Source: an uncultured bacterium
GTDB lineage: Bacteria; Chloroflexota; UBA5177; JANWHV01
NCBI GenBank assembly: GCA_963729625.1
Contig: CAVSOU010000010.1
Span: forward strand, 96,001 to 160,000
Direction: 5' to 3'
Length of the DNA: 64,000 nucleotides
This document shows, piece by piece, positions 20,351 to 32,185 of the stretch. The position numbers and the translations under genes were made by a program. How positions within the stretch are numbered: position 1 is the stretch's first letter; every line of letters begins with the position of its first letter. The notes beneath the pieces are model-generated. The model saw nothing but the letters and a program-made list of their open reading frames with translations, was not told where the DNA came from and did no database searches.

Positions 20351-21451
20351 ATGGGGGTCCATGCGGCTCGACTTTCAGACCTGTTTGTGATTCGACGCCT
20401 GATCCGTGACGACGCCTCGTTGGTGCTTGCCCCAATGCCCGGCGCTTGCCGTCCGTCAGCGGTCGGTTTAGCTATCCGATCCATCTGGCACGGGGCAGGG
20501 AAGCGTGCGCAAACGCTCGTGCTACACGACGGTGGACGTTGTCAGGGCTTCGTGCAGGCTCGGTCCCGGCCAGGGCGGGAGTCGTGGGATATCGTTCGCC
20601 TCGCCTGTCTGGCGCCTGATGAGGAGTCGTGGCTGCGCGTCTGTGCCACATTGCTCGACAACGTCGGCGGCATCGCGGCGCAGCGCGGAGCGTTGCGGAC
20701 ATTCGCTCGTGTGCCATCGGACAGTACCAATGTCGCACTTCTGGCGGATAGCGGGTTTCGGCCGTACGCAAGCGACTTGGTATTCCACGGTACTCTGCGT
20801 CAGTTAGCGACGTCGTCCGCCGAACCGTCGATAGACGTGCGCACTCGGCGGCCCCGGGATGCCTGGGACTTGTTCTCGCTCTACTGCGCTGTGACACCGG
20901 CACTCATTCGACACGCAGAGGGGAGAAGCCTCAAGGAATGGGCATCCGCGAATCGATTTGCCGACGCCACAGTTCGCCGCTGGAGCCGACCCCGTGAGGT
21001 CGTCCTCGGCGACTTGAGTGGGATGCATGCATGGATACGTTGGGCTCACTTCCGGCCGATGGGGATCCAATTGCTCGATGCGCTGGTACGTCCGGAAGCT
21101 TCGCGCCGGCTAGGAGAGCTCGTCAGGTTTGGGGTCGAGTACCTCGGGCTTGACCCAGACTGTAACACCATATGCAAAGTACGAGAATATGACGGAAGCG
21201 TCTCGGCTACACTGGTTGAAGCTGGATTTGATGCCAGCCTCAGGGAAACGCTTCTGGTTCGCCACACCGTGGCGCGGGTGACGGAGCGGCAGTTATTGGT
21301 TGCTGCGATTCGAGCGCAGGGCCTGGGAATCGACATCTCCCGCTACGGCACCAGAGCCGACGTCGTTCCACATCGATTGACGTCGAGTATGGAAGTTGAA
21401 TGCCAATACTATGACCAACTTGACCGTCCAGCCAGAGCGAGTGGTTACTGA
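20351..21451 (+). CDS. Hypothetical protein, probable tandem GNAT-like fold
   Basis: [28 protein letters not shown] repeated GNAT-like end motifs; SD GGAGGG. Confidence 0.65.
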   Translation: MGVHAARLSDLFVIRRLIRDDASLVLAPMPGACRPSAVGLAIRSIWHGAGKRAQTLVLHDGGRCQGFVQARSRPGRESWDIVRLACLAPDEESWLRVCATLLDNVGGIAAQRGALRTFARVPSDSTNVALLADSGFRPYASDLVFHGTLRQLATSSAEPSIDVRTRRPRDAWDLFSLYCAVTPALIRHAEGRSLKEWASANRFADATVRRWSRPREVVLGDLSGMHAWIRWAHFRPMGIQLLDALVRPEASRRLGELVRFGVEYLGLDPDCNTICKVREYDGSVSATLVEAGFDASLRETLLVRHTVARVTERQLLVAAIRAQGLGIDISRYGTRADVVPHRLTSSMEVECQYYDQLDRPARASGY

Positions 21452-23087
21452 TGATCTGGATGCGCTCATATCGGCCCTTCCTCCTACCATTGCAACGGCC
21501 GTCAACCAGATGGTCGAGGCAGGCGACCTGCTCGAGATTGTCATGGATCTCGGCCGCGTGCCCGCGGTTCGCTTTCGTCACGCCGAGTACTATCTTGACG
21601 GGCTCGTCGTTGAAGCGTCGGACATAGACTACGTAATCCAACGAATCGGCGATTTCGGCGATGACAATCGCGCCGGCATCGAACGGACTCTCCACCGCAT
21701 CTCGGCTATTCGCAATCGGAAGGGCCGTGTCGTAGGGCTAACGTGCCGGGTCGGTCGTGCCGTGACCGGCACGATTGCCATAATCCGCGACCTGGTGGAG
21801 TCCGGCCAGAGTCTGCTGCTGCTTGGCCGCCCTGGAGTGGGCAAGACCACCATGCTCCGCGAGGTAGCGCGCGTGCTGGCGGACGAAGCCAGGAAGCGCG
21901 TCGTGATCGTCGATACTTCCAATGAGATCGCCGGCGACGGAGATATCCCGCATCCCGGCATCGGCGGTGCGCGCAGAATGCAGGTAGCCACGCCGATAAG
22001 CCAGCATGCGGTGATGATCGAAGCGGTCGAGAATCACATGCCTCAGGTAATCGTCATCGATGAGATCGGCACCGAGCTCGAAGCCCAGGCCGCTCGAACA
22101 ATAGCGGAGCGCGGTGTGCAGCTGGTAGGCACCGCTCACGGCAACACGCTTGAAAACCTCATGCAGAATCCGACGTTGAGCGATCTTGTCGGAGGCATCC
22201 AGACCGTGACACTGGGCGACGAGGAAGCGCGCCGCCGCGGCACGCAGAAGTCGGTGCTCGAGCGAAAAGCGCCGCCCACCTTCCAGGTGATCGTCGAGAT
22301 CCAGGACTGGTATCACGTCACTGTGCACGGGGACGTCGCGGCAGTGGTGGATGCGGTGTTGCTTGGCAGACCCTTTGGCGCACAAGTTCGCACCCGCGCG
22401 GACGATGGTACGATCGTATCGCGCGAACAGAGCGCGGGCCGCGACGCCGCGGCTGTTAACGGACACACGAAGTATGGCGCGGGGTTGCCCAAAATCGGTG
22501 TACTGGTGACAGGCAACTACTCCTTGGTGTCGCGGAACGGTACGGCCGGGCCAGCCGAGCCATTGCAGAGCACCGTGGCGTCGTCGGGGCTGTTGCAGCC
22601 CATACGCGTGCTTCCATTCGGTGTGAGCAGACCAAAACTCGAGCAGGCTGCCCGTGAGCTGCACGTGCCGGTCGCCCTGGCAATCGACATTCGCGAGGCC
22701 GACCTCGTGCTCACACTCAAACCGTACTATCGCCGGAAGCCGCAGGTCTTGCGCGACGCCGAGTCGACCGGGAAGCCCATATGGGTGCTGAAGAACAACA
22801 CCGGGTCGCAGATGCAGACCGCCCTCGCCGGCATGTTCAACCTCGAGGTTCCATCTGCCCAGCCTGACCCGACGTCCGAGTCGCAGTCAGCGGCTTTGCA
22901 GGAGGCCGAGGATGCCATCAATGCTGTGCTGGAAGGCGGGCCCGCCGTGGATCTCAATCCTCAGAATCCGTATATCCGGAGGATGCAGCATCGTCTCGCC
23001 GAACGGTATAACGTCGGCTCGCGAAGCCATGGGAAAGAGCCGCTCAGGCGCGTGCGCATCCTGGCACCCGGCATGCATGCGCCCTGA
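21411..23087 (+). CDS. Ycf45/SpoIIIAA-like AAA ATPase with C-terminal R3H domain
   Basis: [45 protein letters not shown] (R3H). Confidence 0.93.
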   Translation: MTNLTVQPERVVTDDLDALISALPPTIATAVNQMVEAGDLLEIVMDLGRVPAVRFRHAEYYLDGLVVEASDIDYVIQRIGDFGDDNRAGIERTLHRISAIRNRKGRVVGLTCRVGRAVTGTIAIIRDLVESGQSLLLLGRPGVGKTTMLREVARVLADEARKRVVIVDTSNEIAGDGDIPHPGIGGARRMQVATPISQHAVMIEAVENHMPQVIVIDEIGTELEAQAARTIAERGVQLVGTAHGNTLENLMQNPTLSDLVGGIQTVTLGDEEARRRGTQKSVLERKAPPTFQVIVEIQDWYHVTVHGDVAAVVDAVLLGRPFGAQVRTRADDGTIVSREQSAGRDAAAVNGHTKYGAGLPKIGVLVTGNYSLVSRNGTAGPAEPLQSTVASSGLLQPIRVLPFGVSRPKLEQAARELHVPVALAIDIREADLVLTLKPYYRRKPQVLRDAESTGKPIWVLKNNTGSQMQTALAGMFNLEVPSAQPDPTSESQSAALQEAEDAINAVLEGGPAVDLNPQNPYIRRMQHRLAERYNVGSRSHGKEPLRRVRILAPGMHAP

Positions 23088-23089
23088 TC

Positions 23090-23701
23090 ATGTTCATCAC
23101 GTTTGAGGGACCTGATGGAAGCGGCAAGACGACAGCCATGGCGAGTCTGGCGGCTTGGCTGTCCGAGAACAACGCCAGCGTTGTGACCACACGCGAGCCC
23201 GGTGGAACATCGTTGGGCGAGAGGATCCGTGCTCTCGTCTTGGACGGGGAGCAGCCAGAGCCGTACACAGCGCTACTGCTCTTCTTGGCTGCTCGATCTG
23301 AGTTGGTCTCCAAGGTTATTCGTCCGGCACTGCAACGTCATCAGGTCGTCCTATGTGATCGTTTCACGGATTCCACGCTAGCCTATCAGGGATTTGGCGA
23401 GGGAATTCCTGTGGACGACATCCGGCTACTCAATCGGCTTGCGACCGGCGGCCTGACCCCAGATATCACGGTGCTGCTCGATATTGAACCCGTTGATGGA
23501 CTACTGCGTCGTGAACGAGCGGGAGACCTCAATGCAATGGACCGGCGCGACCTTGAGTTCCACACGCGCGTGCGGGAGGGATTCCTCACCCTGGCGTCAG
23601 AAGAGCCAGCGCGATGGCTCGTCGTTGACGCCGCAAGTCCACCGGGCACAATTCACGCGCGGCTGGTGGAGAGAATCGCATCGTCGGTATTCCCGCTGTG
23701 A
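23090..23701 (+). CDS. tmk: Thymidylate kinase
   Basis: FITFEGPDGSGKTT, TREPGGT, CDRFTDSTLAYQG. Confidence 0.97.
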   Translation: MFITFEGPDGSGKTTAMASLAAWLSENNASVVTTREPGGTSLGERIRALVLDGEQPEPYTALLLFLAARSELVSKVIRPALQRHQVVLCDRFTDSTLAYQGFGEGIPVDDIRLLNRLATGGLTPDITVLLDIEPVDGLLRRERAGDLNAMDRRDLEFHTRVREGFLTLASEEPARWLVVDAASPPGTIHARLVERIASSVFPL

Positions 23702-23908
23702 GGTGGACGGGAGGAAGCGCTTTTTGTCGCGCGCTGCGGGTCAGGTCAAATTGTACGAGGATCCTTGCATCGTCTGAGCAACAAGCATACTCTATGACCA
23801 GCGTGTTAAGTGGACAGATCTGGATACATTCGTCGATGCGCCGGACGCGGCCGCAGGCTGCGCACATACGTCTGACATAATGCTCCGGCTTCCATGGAGG
23901 TAGTAGAG

Positions 23909-24238
23909 GTGAAGCTGATATTCTGCATCGTTCAGAACGAGGACGCGGGTGGCCTGATGACCGCGCTGACCAAGGAAGGCTTTCGCAGCACGCGCTACCA
24001 ATCCCACGGCGGATTTCTTCGCCAGGGTAATGCCACGATCCTTGTGGGAGTGCCCGATGACAAGGTGCACGATGTCATCGCCGTCGTTCGCAAGAACTGC
24101 AGGACGCGCACGCAATATATCAACCCGCTGCCGCCAATGATGGAACCCGGCGAGTTCTACATGCCGACGCCTGTGGACGTTCAGCTCGGTGGCGCAACGA
24201 TCTTCGTCATCGACGTCGTGCGCTTCGAACAGGTGTAG
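23909..24238 (+). CDS. darA: Cyclic-di-AMP receptor, PII-like (DarA/PstA/YaaQ)
   Basis: MKLIFCIVQNED, GGFLRQGNATILVGV, GGATIFV; follows tmk as in Firmicutes. Confidence 0.9.
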   Translation: MKLIFCIVQNEDAGGLMTALTKEGFRSTRYQSHGGFLRQGNATILVGVPDDKVHDVIAVVRKNCRTRTQYINPLPPMMEPGEFYMPTPVDVQLGGATIFVIDVVRFEQV

Positions 24239-24351
24239 GGCGCGCCGGAAGCCTCGACCGGAGATCCGGAGGCGAGTTCATACCGAGCGTCGCGACCACC
24301 TTGAAGTTTGCTTTGTGTCGTGCTCGCGAGGATCGGCGTACCGGATTGACG

Positions 24352-24816
24352 CTACTTGTAGCCCGGATCCTGAATGGCGAACTGCGTGTGCTGTCTGACC
24401 GCGCCGGCATCCAGCACGGATACGATGACAGCTTCGCGGCCCGAACGTGGGCGGTGCTTTATTGTGAACGCACGGCTGGAGAACCCGTGGCTATCTGCCC
24501 GCGCGCTCTGTGACTCCGTCGTGCCGTCCGCGTATTTGATCATATACTCCAACATGCGATTCGCGAGACCGGGCAGGCAGACCGAGAACGTCTCGCTGTG
24601 GCCAACGACGACCGTGCGCGGGTCGTTGAGTATCTTGCTGGTGGTGCAGGCGACGGGAGTCGCAATGTGCGACGACGCAGTGGTGTTGTTCGACGAGTTT
24701 CTGTTGCTGACGAACAGACCGGCTGCCAGAATGATTTCAAGAAGGATCAGGAACACCAGCACCAAGCGCAGATTCCTGCGAGATCGGTCCACGAACGGGT
24801 TTGAACGCATCGACAT
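24352..24816 (-). CDS. Hypothetical membrane-anchored protein
   Basis: Basic N-terminus, one TM helix, Ser/Thr linker, beta-rich C-terminal domain; SD GGAGG. Confidence 0.75.
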   Translation of the reverse strand: MSMRSNPFVDRSRRNLRLVLVFLILLEIILAAGLFVSNRNSSNNTTASSHIATPVACTTSKILNDPRTVVVGHSETFSVCLPGLANRMLEYMIKYADGTTESQSARADSHGFSSRAFTIKHRPRSGREAVIVSVLDAGAVRQHTQFAIQDPGYK

Positions 24817-24901
24817 CCTCCTGCAGCGGCCAAGGGCATGACATCCTGGCTGCTTTATCGCATGCCATCACTGTATGAGCCCAACGCTGCTCCGTCAATA
24901 G

Positions 24902-26455
<1,554 letters not shown>

Positions 26456-26586
26456 CGCTTTGCATGGGTCACCTGCGCGTCCCGTGCGGCCGGCATCGCG
26501 GCCAGCAATAGATTGGGCCGCGGAGTACGTCGGTTGCGAGGCTGAAGTTTTAACCGCGGTGCGCGGCGCGTAGCAGCGATGGAGAC

Positions 26587-27834
26587 ATGAACGATCCGTT
26601 CGCGAAGTCCGTGCAGTCGTTGACCGACGCGCTGCTCCAGCTTGACCATGCGATCTCGCTGGCCGAGAGCAACGTCGCCGCGGCGCTGCAGATTGGCTTG
26701 CCTGAAGCACAAGATCTTGCATATCGACTGCCGACGCTGACACTCCGCGCGCGTGAGTTTCTTGCCGCGGTGCCAGGTACAGGGCAGCAATCACGCTGGG
26801 GAGAGAATCGGCGACTGCTAGACCAAGCGCAGAGCTTCCAGCCTTTGTTCGCGCCATACGTGCAGCTTGGACTTCGCGTTACGGCAGCTCGACAAGCTAT
26901 CGCCGATCGAGCTGCGCGCGAGAAGGCGGCAGCCGAGCAAGTGCAGCGTGCCCAGCAGACCTTCGAGTGCAATGCCATGCTGGAAACCGCTCGTCGCCGC
27001 TACTCGGCCTTGCGCCAGATGCTGGCGGACATGCAGCTGCAGCGAGGCCCAGGTTTCGACGACACTACGTGGCTCAGCGCGCTCAGGTCACTGGGCTCAA
27101 TAGTTACAACACAGGATGTTCGGCTGTCCTCCGCGGCTGCCAGCATCCGAGACCGGGCATTCGACGATGCGCGTGCGTCGCTCGACCAATCACTGGGCGA
27201 GCTGCAGGGCGCTCTCGATATGGCGCAGCGCGTCCGGGCCACCGCTAACGCCCGCTCGCAGGCCGCGTCGGGCGCTCGGAGTGACAATCCTGGACCGGCG
27301 CCCACGGTGGCGCCGTCGTCGTTCACTACACAACCGATCGGACTGCCTCCTGCCCTGCAAGCCAAGCCCGAGAGCACTCATGATGTATCGCCTGAGGTTG
27401 CGGCACCGCTGCAAGGCGAAGTGCAGCCGGGTCCTGTCGTAGCTGAGCGCAGTGTGCAGGCGCTACCTGCCGTGCGCATGCTTGCACTGATCGAAGTGCG
27501 CACAGGCACGGTCTTCCGCTCTGACGGCACGCCGACCCTGATAGGGCGGGGATTGGACTCGTCGATGCCCGCAGGTCAACCGTATATCAATCTCTCGCTG
27601 GCGTGCGATCCTGGAGAGGCAGACGACCTGGGGATTTCTCGCAGGCACGCCGAGATTGCCCGGCAAGGCGACCGATTTGCCGTCAGAGACCTGGCTAGTA
27701 CCAATGGAACCAGAATGAGGCGAGCGGGCCAGCCAGGATGGACGACGCTGCCGGTGCAGCAGTGGGTTCAGCTTCAAGAGGGCGATACGCTTCAGTTCGG
27801 TCTTCTGGCGTGCTCCGTCTCGTTCCCACGCTGA
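26587..27834 (+). CDS. FHA-domain protein with helical N-terminus
   Basis: C-terminal IGR...ISRRHA...DLASTNGT...LQEGD.LQFG. Confidence 0.88.
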   Translation: MNDPFAKSVQSLTDALLQLDHAISLAESNVAAALQIGLPEAQDLAYRLPTLTLRAREFLAAVPGTGQQSRWGENRRLLDQAQSFQPLFAPYVQLGLRVTAARQAIADRAAREKAAAEQVQRAQQTFECNAMLETARRRYSALRQMLADMQLQRGPGFDDTTWLSALRSLGSIVTTQDVRLSSAAASIRDRAFDDARASLDQSLGELQGALDMAQRVRATANARSQAASGARSDNPGPAPTVAPSSFTTQPIGLPPALQAKPESTHDVSPEVAAPLQGEVQPGPVVAERSVQALPAVRMLALIEVRTGTVFRSDGTPTLIGRGLDSSMPAGQPYINLSLACDPGEADDLGISRRHAEIARQGDRFAVRDLASTNGTRMRRAGQPGWTTLPVQQWVQLQEGDTLQFGLLACSVSFPR

Positions 27835-27844
27835 CTAGGCATCG

Positions 27845-28843
27845 TCATTCGGCGACGCCAAGATCGTCCTCGATCGCCGGCGCGTAGGCCGGATTCGGCA
27901 CGCCCGGCTCCTCGTCTCCCAGCATTTGCCGCAGCACGACTGCGACGGCGTCTTCGTCATTCGACACGGTTGTGCGCCGAGCGTAGGGCACCACCCCAGG
28001 TTCAGAATTGGCCACGGCGATGCCGCATCCTGCCATTGCGAGCATTTCCACGTCGTTCCAGTTGTCGCCGATACAAACGACGTGTTCGAGGCTCAACCCA
28101 AAATACGCGGCAAGCCACTCGACAGCGCGGCCTTTCGAGCAATCGCCGTGAAACACCTCGAGAAAGCAGCTGTCCAGGTTCGCGCTATAGGAGATCAGGG
28201 TGCGACAGTCTGCCAGCTCGAGTCGAGGCAACACTGGCTCGACCCTGGCGAACGTGTCCACGACCACGATGTGGACTGGCTCGACAGCCGTGGTAAGTCT
28301 CGAATAGGGCACGCGGACCACAAGATCGGGGTTGCGACTGAGGAATTCGCGAGCCGATGGCGAGTCGTACTCTACAGGCCCGGTAAACAGGCGCTGGCCG
28401 ATCACCCGGTCTTCATACGCGATCGGCTGCAGGCCGGCTTCGACGAGAATACGAAGCGCCTGTTTGCCAGCCGCGAGAGGCAACGGATCTCGATAGAGCA
28501 CATCGCGGCCATCTGCACTTGACACGATTGCGCCGGTTTCGAGAATGACAGGCGGGCTCTCAATGGCAGCTTCCAAGGGCGCAGTGCGTATCGGCTTCGG
28601 GCCCAGCGGGCCGAACAAGTCGAGGTCGCGCAAAAGCCCCTCAGTCGTGGCAAAGCGTCTTCCGGTTGCAATGGTGACGATGATTCCAGCCTGGCGCGCG
28701 CGCCTAACTGCCGCCTGAACCGAAGGTGAGAGATCGGGCTTTGACGTGAGCAGAGTGCCGTCGATATCCGACACAAGCATTCGATACGGGGACCGCGGGC
28801 GGAATGGGGTGCTGGGGGCGTGTCGTCGTCTTGACGTCTTCAC
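27845..28843 (-). CDS. Cof-type HAD-IIB hydrolase
   Basis: DIDGTLL, ATGR, SKG, IGDNWNDVEML, SNDEDAVA. Confidence 0.93.
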   Translation of the reverse strand: MKTSRRRHAPSTPFRPRSPYRMLVSDIDGTLLTSKPDLSPSVQAAVRRARQAGIIVTIATGRRFATTEGLLRDLDLFGPLGPKPIRTAPLEAAIESPPVILETGAIVSSADGRDVLYRDPLPLAAGKQALRILVEAGLQPIAYEDRVIGQRLFTGPVEYDSPSAREFLSRNPDLVVRVPYSRLTTAVEPVHIVVVDTFARVEPVLPRLELADCRTLISYSANLDSCFLEVFHGDCSKGRAVEWLAAYFGLSLEHVVCIGDNWNDVEMLAMAGCGIAVANSEPGVVPYARRTTVSNDEDAVAVVLRQMLGDEEPGVPNPAYAPAIEDDLGVAE

Positions 28844-29061
28844 TGGACTCCTAGGCGGGCATGTTCAGCGTGCGACGACCGATCTCGCCTGCGGCAGGGC
28901 CATTTCGACGCGAAACGTAGCTCAAACGGCAGGAGCGCGGCGAAAGCGGCGACCATCCAGTAACCAGTACATATCGTCGCTCGGACAGTCGTCATCGGTT
29001 GTCTGATGTCTTCAATTTCAATGTAGCATCTCATTGGAGGGCAGGGACAAGCCGTTTCGTT

Positions 29062-29145
29062 CGCGCAGGTCGCGAGGACGTATCCTGTCAGCGACACCTT
29101 TGCATCCGCGCAGGTCGCGAGGCCTGTATCCTGTCAGAGACACCT
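29062..29145 (+). repeat. Tandem imperfect 38/39-nt direct repeat upstream of pdp
   Basis: CGCGCAGGTCGCGAGG(ac/cct)GTATCCTGTCAG(c/a)GACACCT at 29062-29099 and 29107-29145. Confidence 0.85.
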
Positions 29146-29205
29146 ATTCCTGGCTACGACCGATCGTCTACGGCTGCACAAAGTCACTGGATCCGGAGGC
29201 GGGCC

Positions 29206-30534
29206 ATGTACAGTCTGATCCACAAGAAGCGCGATGGCGCAGAACTCACATCAGAAGAAATTCGCGAGGTGGTTCAGGGTTACGTCGCGGGTTCGATCCC
29301 CGACTACCAGGTCGCGGCGCTGCTCATGGCCGTGTTCTTCAGGGGAATGAGCGCTCGCGAAACCGTCGACCTCACATCTGCCATGGTTGCCTCTGGGCAC
29401 ACGGTCGATCTCAGCCACGTCCCTGGGATAGCGGTGGACAAGCATTCCACCGGCGGTGTAGGTGACAAGACAACGCTTGTGCTGGGACCGCTGGTCGCGG
29501 CAGCCGGTCTTACGATGGCCAAAATGTCGGGCCGGGGTCTCGGACACACCGGCGGCACTGTCGACAAACTCGAGTCGATCCCTGGATTCAAGGCAAGCCT
29601 TTCACTCACAGCAATGATCGAGCAAGTCCAGAGAATCGGCATCGCCGTCGTCGCGCAGTCGGCCAGCCTGGTTCCTGCCGATGGATTGCTCTACGCGCTG
29701 AGGGATGTAACCGCCACGGTCGATAGCGTCCCGCTGATCGCGAGCAGTATCATGAGCAAGAAGATAGCGGCTGGAGCGCGTGCAATCATCTTGGATGTCA
29801 AGACCGGCTCCGGCGCCTTCATGTCGACGCCAGACCAGGCTTTTGCTCTTGCCCACGCGCTTGTCGGTATCGGTACGGCGGCGGGTCGCGCCGTCAAGGC
29901 ACTGATCACGAGCATGGATCAACCACTTGGACTCGCGATCGGCAACGCCCTCGAAGTGCGCGAGGCAGTCGACACCTTGCAGGGCAATGGTCCTGCAGAT
30001 CTGAGGGACCTATGCCTGCTGCTGGCGACTCATCTGACGGCCCTCGCGCGGGGATCCAGCGACATCGATGCTATTCGGCAGGAGCTCGAGCAGCTGCTGG
30101 ACGGCGGGCAGGCCTTGGAACGTTTCCGATTGATGGTCGCTGCTCAGGGCGGTGACCCGCGTGTCGCCGTCGACCCCGGGGCAGTTCTCCGGACTGCACG
30201 TGCGTCACACGATGTCTTAACGCCGTCTAGGGGCTTTGTGCGCTTTATCGACGCGAAGGTCGTCGGTGAAGCAGCGAGGGCGCTCGGAGCTGGACGCCAA
30301 CGCAAAGACGAGACGATTGACCACGCCGCGGGAATAGTCTTGCGCGCAAAAGTCGGCGCGCATGTTGAGGCCGGAGCGCCGTGGGCGAGGGCCTATGCAG
30401 CAGACGACGAGCACCTCGAAGCCGGAGTGCGACTGCTCGAGCGCGCCCTCGTCACGAGCGCCGACATGCCCAGCGAGATTCCGCTTGTACATGGCATCGT
30501 AGACCGCGATCTGGGCGAAACCCGTTACCATTGA
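29206..30534 (+). CDS. pdp: Pyrimidine-nucleoside/thymidine phosphorylase
   Basis: KKRDG, DKHSTGGVGDK, KMSGRGLGHTGGTVDKLESIPG, LRDVTATV; ATG after GGAGG. Confidence 0.96.
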   Translation: MYSLIHKKRDGAELTSEEIREVVQGYVAGSIPDYQVAALLMAVFFRGMSARETVDLTSAMVASGHTVDLSHVPGIAVDKHSTGGVGDKTTLVLGPLVAAAGLTMAKMSGRGLGHTGGTVDKLESIPGFKASLSLTAMIEQVQRIGIAVVAQSASLVPADGLLYALRDVTATVDSVPLIASSIMSKKIAAGARAIILDVKTGSGAFMSTPDQAFALAHALVGIGTAAGRAVKALITSMDQPLGLAIGNALEVREAVDTLQGNGPADLRDLCLLLATHLTALARGSSDIDAIRQELEQLLDGGQALERFRLMVAAQGGDPRVAVDPGAVLRTARASHDVLTPSRGFVRFIDAKVVGEAARALGAGRQRKDETIDHAAGIVLRAKVGAHVEAGAPWARAYAADDEHLEAGVRLLERALVTSADMPSEIPLVHGIVDRDLGETRYH

Positions 30535-30564
30535 CGTGCAAACCGCCACAATAGTGGAGATGCC

Positions 30565-31251
30565 ATGCAGGTACCAGCAGACTTGCAGGCCCTTGTCCTC
30601 GACCTCGACGGACTCCTGATCGACAGCGAGACCTGGAGCTGGAAGGCGCACGATGAGGTGCTCGCGTCCTACGGGCTCGATCCGTTATCGCCACATGAGA
30701 TCGGTCGAATGGTTGGCTTGATAGGGCTTGATGAGTGGAACGAGCTGTGTTCCATGCGTGCGCTGCCGGACGTTCGTATCCAGTACAACACCGCACACAC
30801 CGGCGCGTACATTCGCATCAGCGAAGAATGCCATGGCCCCATGCCAGGAATTGACGATTTGCTTCGCGCAGCGTCGCACGTGGGTCTCAGAGTAGCCCTG
30901 GCATCAAATTCGCCGCTCTCAGTAGTGCGCGACGTGCTGAGGAAGCTGAGCATACTCGACGTCTTCGCGGCGACGGCCACCGGCGATCAAGTAGCCCGAA
31001 GCAAGCCTGCCCCAGATGTCTACAGGTTAGCGCTGCGACTCCTTTGCTTGCCCGCGACCTCCGTCCTGGCAATCGAAGACTCGCGCGTCGGGTTGCAAGC
31101 CGCACGCGCGGCGGGAATCAAGTGCCTCGTGGTGCCGAACGACGTTACCGCCACCCAGGATTTCTCCGGCGCCTACCGTCGATTCGCCGGGCTCGCAGAC
31201 GTTGCAGTCTGGCTTGTCGGCGGCAGGGCGACGCGGGAGCGGCCAGCCTAG
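30565..31251 (+). CDS. HAD-IA phosphatase
   Basis: DLDGLLIDSE, ASNS, KPAPDVY, EDSRVG.AA.AAG. Confidence 0.92.
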   Translation: MQVPADLQALVLDLDGLLIDSETWSWKAHDEVLASYGLDPLSPHEIGRMVGLIGLDEWNELCSMRALPDVRIQYNTAHTGAYIRISEECHGPMPGIDDLLRAASHVGLRVALASNSPLSVVRDVLRKLSILDVFAATATGDQVARSKPAPDVYRLALRLLCLPATSVLAIEDSRVGLQAARAAGIKCLVVPNDVTATQDFSGAYRRFAGLADVAVWLVGGRATRERPA

Positions 31252-31336
31252 CCAAACTGATAGTCCGACTCTACTCGCGACTTCCGCCGTGGGTCGCGTC
31301 CCGGTTCGTGCCTTCAACCCGAGGGCCGCTTGGGCT

Positions 31337-32185
31337 TCAGAAGAGCAGCGACGATAGCCGCGGCCTGAACTCCAAGGTGGTCGGGTCGCCTGGACCAAGG
31401 ATGTCGAACACTGCCAGGACCAGACGCCTTCCACCATCGTCACGATAGCGCCGATCGTTCTCGACCAGCCACAAGAAATGATCGAGCGCCTCCCTGAAAT
31501 CTCCCGCTGCCGCGGCAGCATTTCCGGCAGCCCAGTGCGCGTCAGCCGGAGTCTCGTCACTTTGTCGCGCGTCGACGGCCCCGAGGTTTGCGGCTTCGCG
31601 TCGGAAGAGCAAGCGCGACAACAGTGTACGCGCCTTGGCTCCTTCATCGGTCATGAACGGGATCTGCTCCAGCACAGCGGCGGCTTCGTCCAAACGGCCA
31701 TAGTCGAACAGCAACGAGCCCAGCGCAAGCAGACCTCGTCCATGGGCCGGCTCCATTGATAGCGCCTCACGCAGCTTTCCCTCCGCGAGCGCGAGATTTC
31801 CTGACCGCAGCACATCCTCCGCGTCTGAGACGAGGCGATCGGCCTCGGAGGGGACCAGCCGCGTCAAGAACGCGCGAATCGCCGATTCAGGTTGCGCGCC
31901 AAGCATTTCTGCCACCACCTGACCATCGCGGAATCCCTTGAGCGCGGGGATGCTCGTAATCCGGTATCGATTGGCCAGCACCGGCTCACGGTCAATATCA
32001 ACTTTGACAAGCTCCCACGCTCCGTCTGCCGATTGCTCGAGGCGATCAAGTGTGGGAGATAGGATGCGACACGGCTGGCACCAGGCTGCCCAGAAGTCCA
32101 CGACAATCGGCACGACCGACGATCGGGCTATCACGCGATCTTCGAACTCTGCCTGAGAAACATCCCGTTCGGCGACCGGTCCCAT
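31337..32185 (-). CDS. cnoX: Thioredoxin-TPR chaperedoxin (CnoX/YbbN-like)
   Basis: VDFWAAWCQPC, GAQPE, TPR-like helices, C-terminal R.RLSSLLF. Confidence 0.9.
   Translation of the reverse strand: MGPVAERDVSQAEFEDRVIARSSVVPIVVDFWAAWCQPCRILSPTLDRLEQSADGAWELVKVDIDREPVLANRYRITSIPALKGFRDGQVVAEMLGAQPESAIRAFLTRLVPSEADRLVSDAEDVLRSGNLALAEGKLREALSMEPAHGRGLLALGSLLFDYGRLDEAAAVLEQIPFMTDEGAKARTLLSRLLFRREAANLGAVDARQSDETPADAHWAAGNAAAAAGDFREALDHFLWLVENDRRYRDDGGRRLVLAVFDILGPGDPTTLEFRPRLSSLLF

Noticed and set aside
29062-29145. Direct repeat as a mini-CRISPR
   Set aside because: Only two units separated by 7 nt, no spacer-length sequence and no cas genes.
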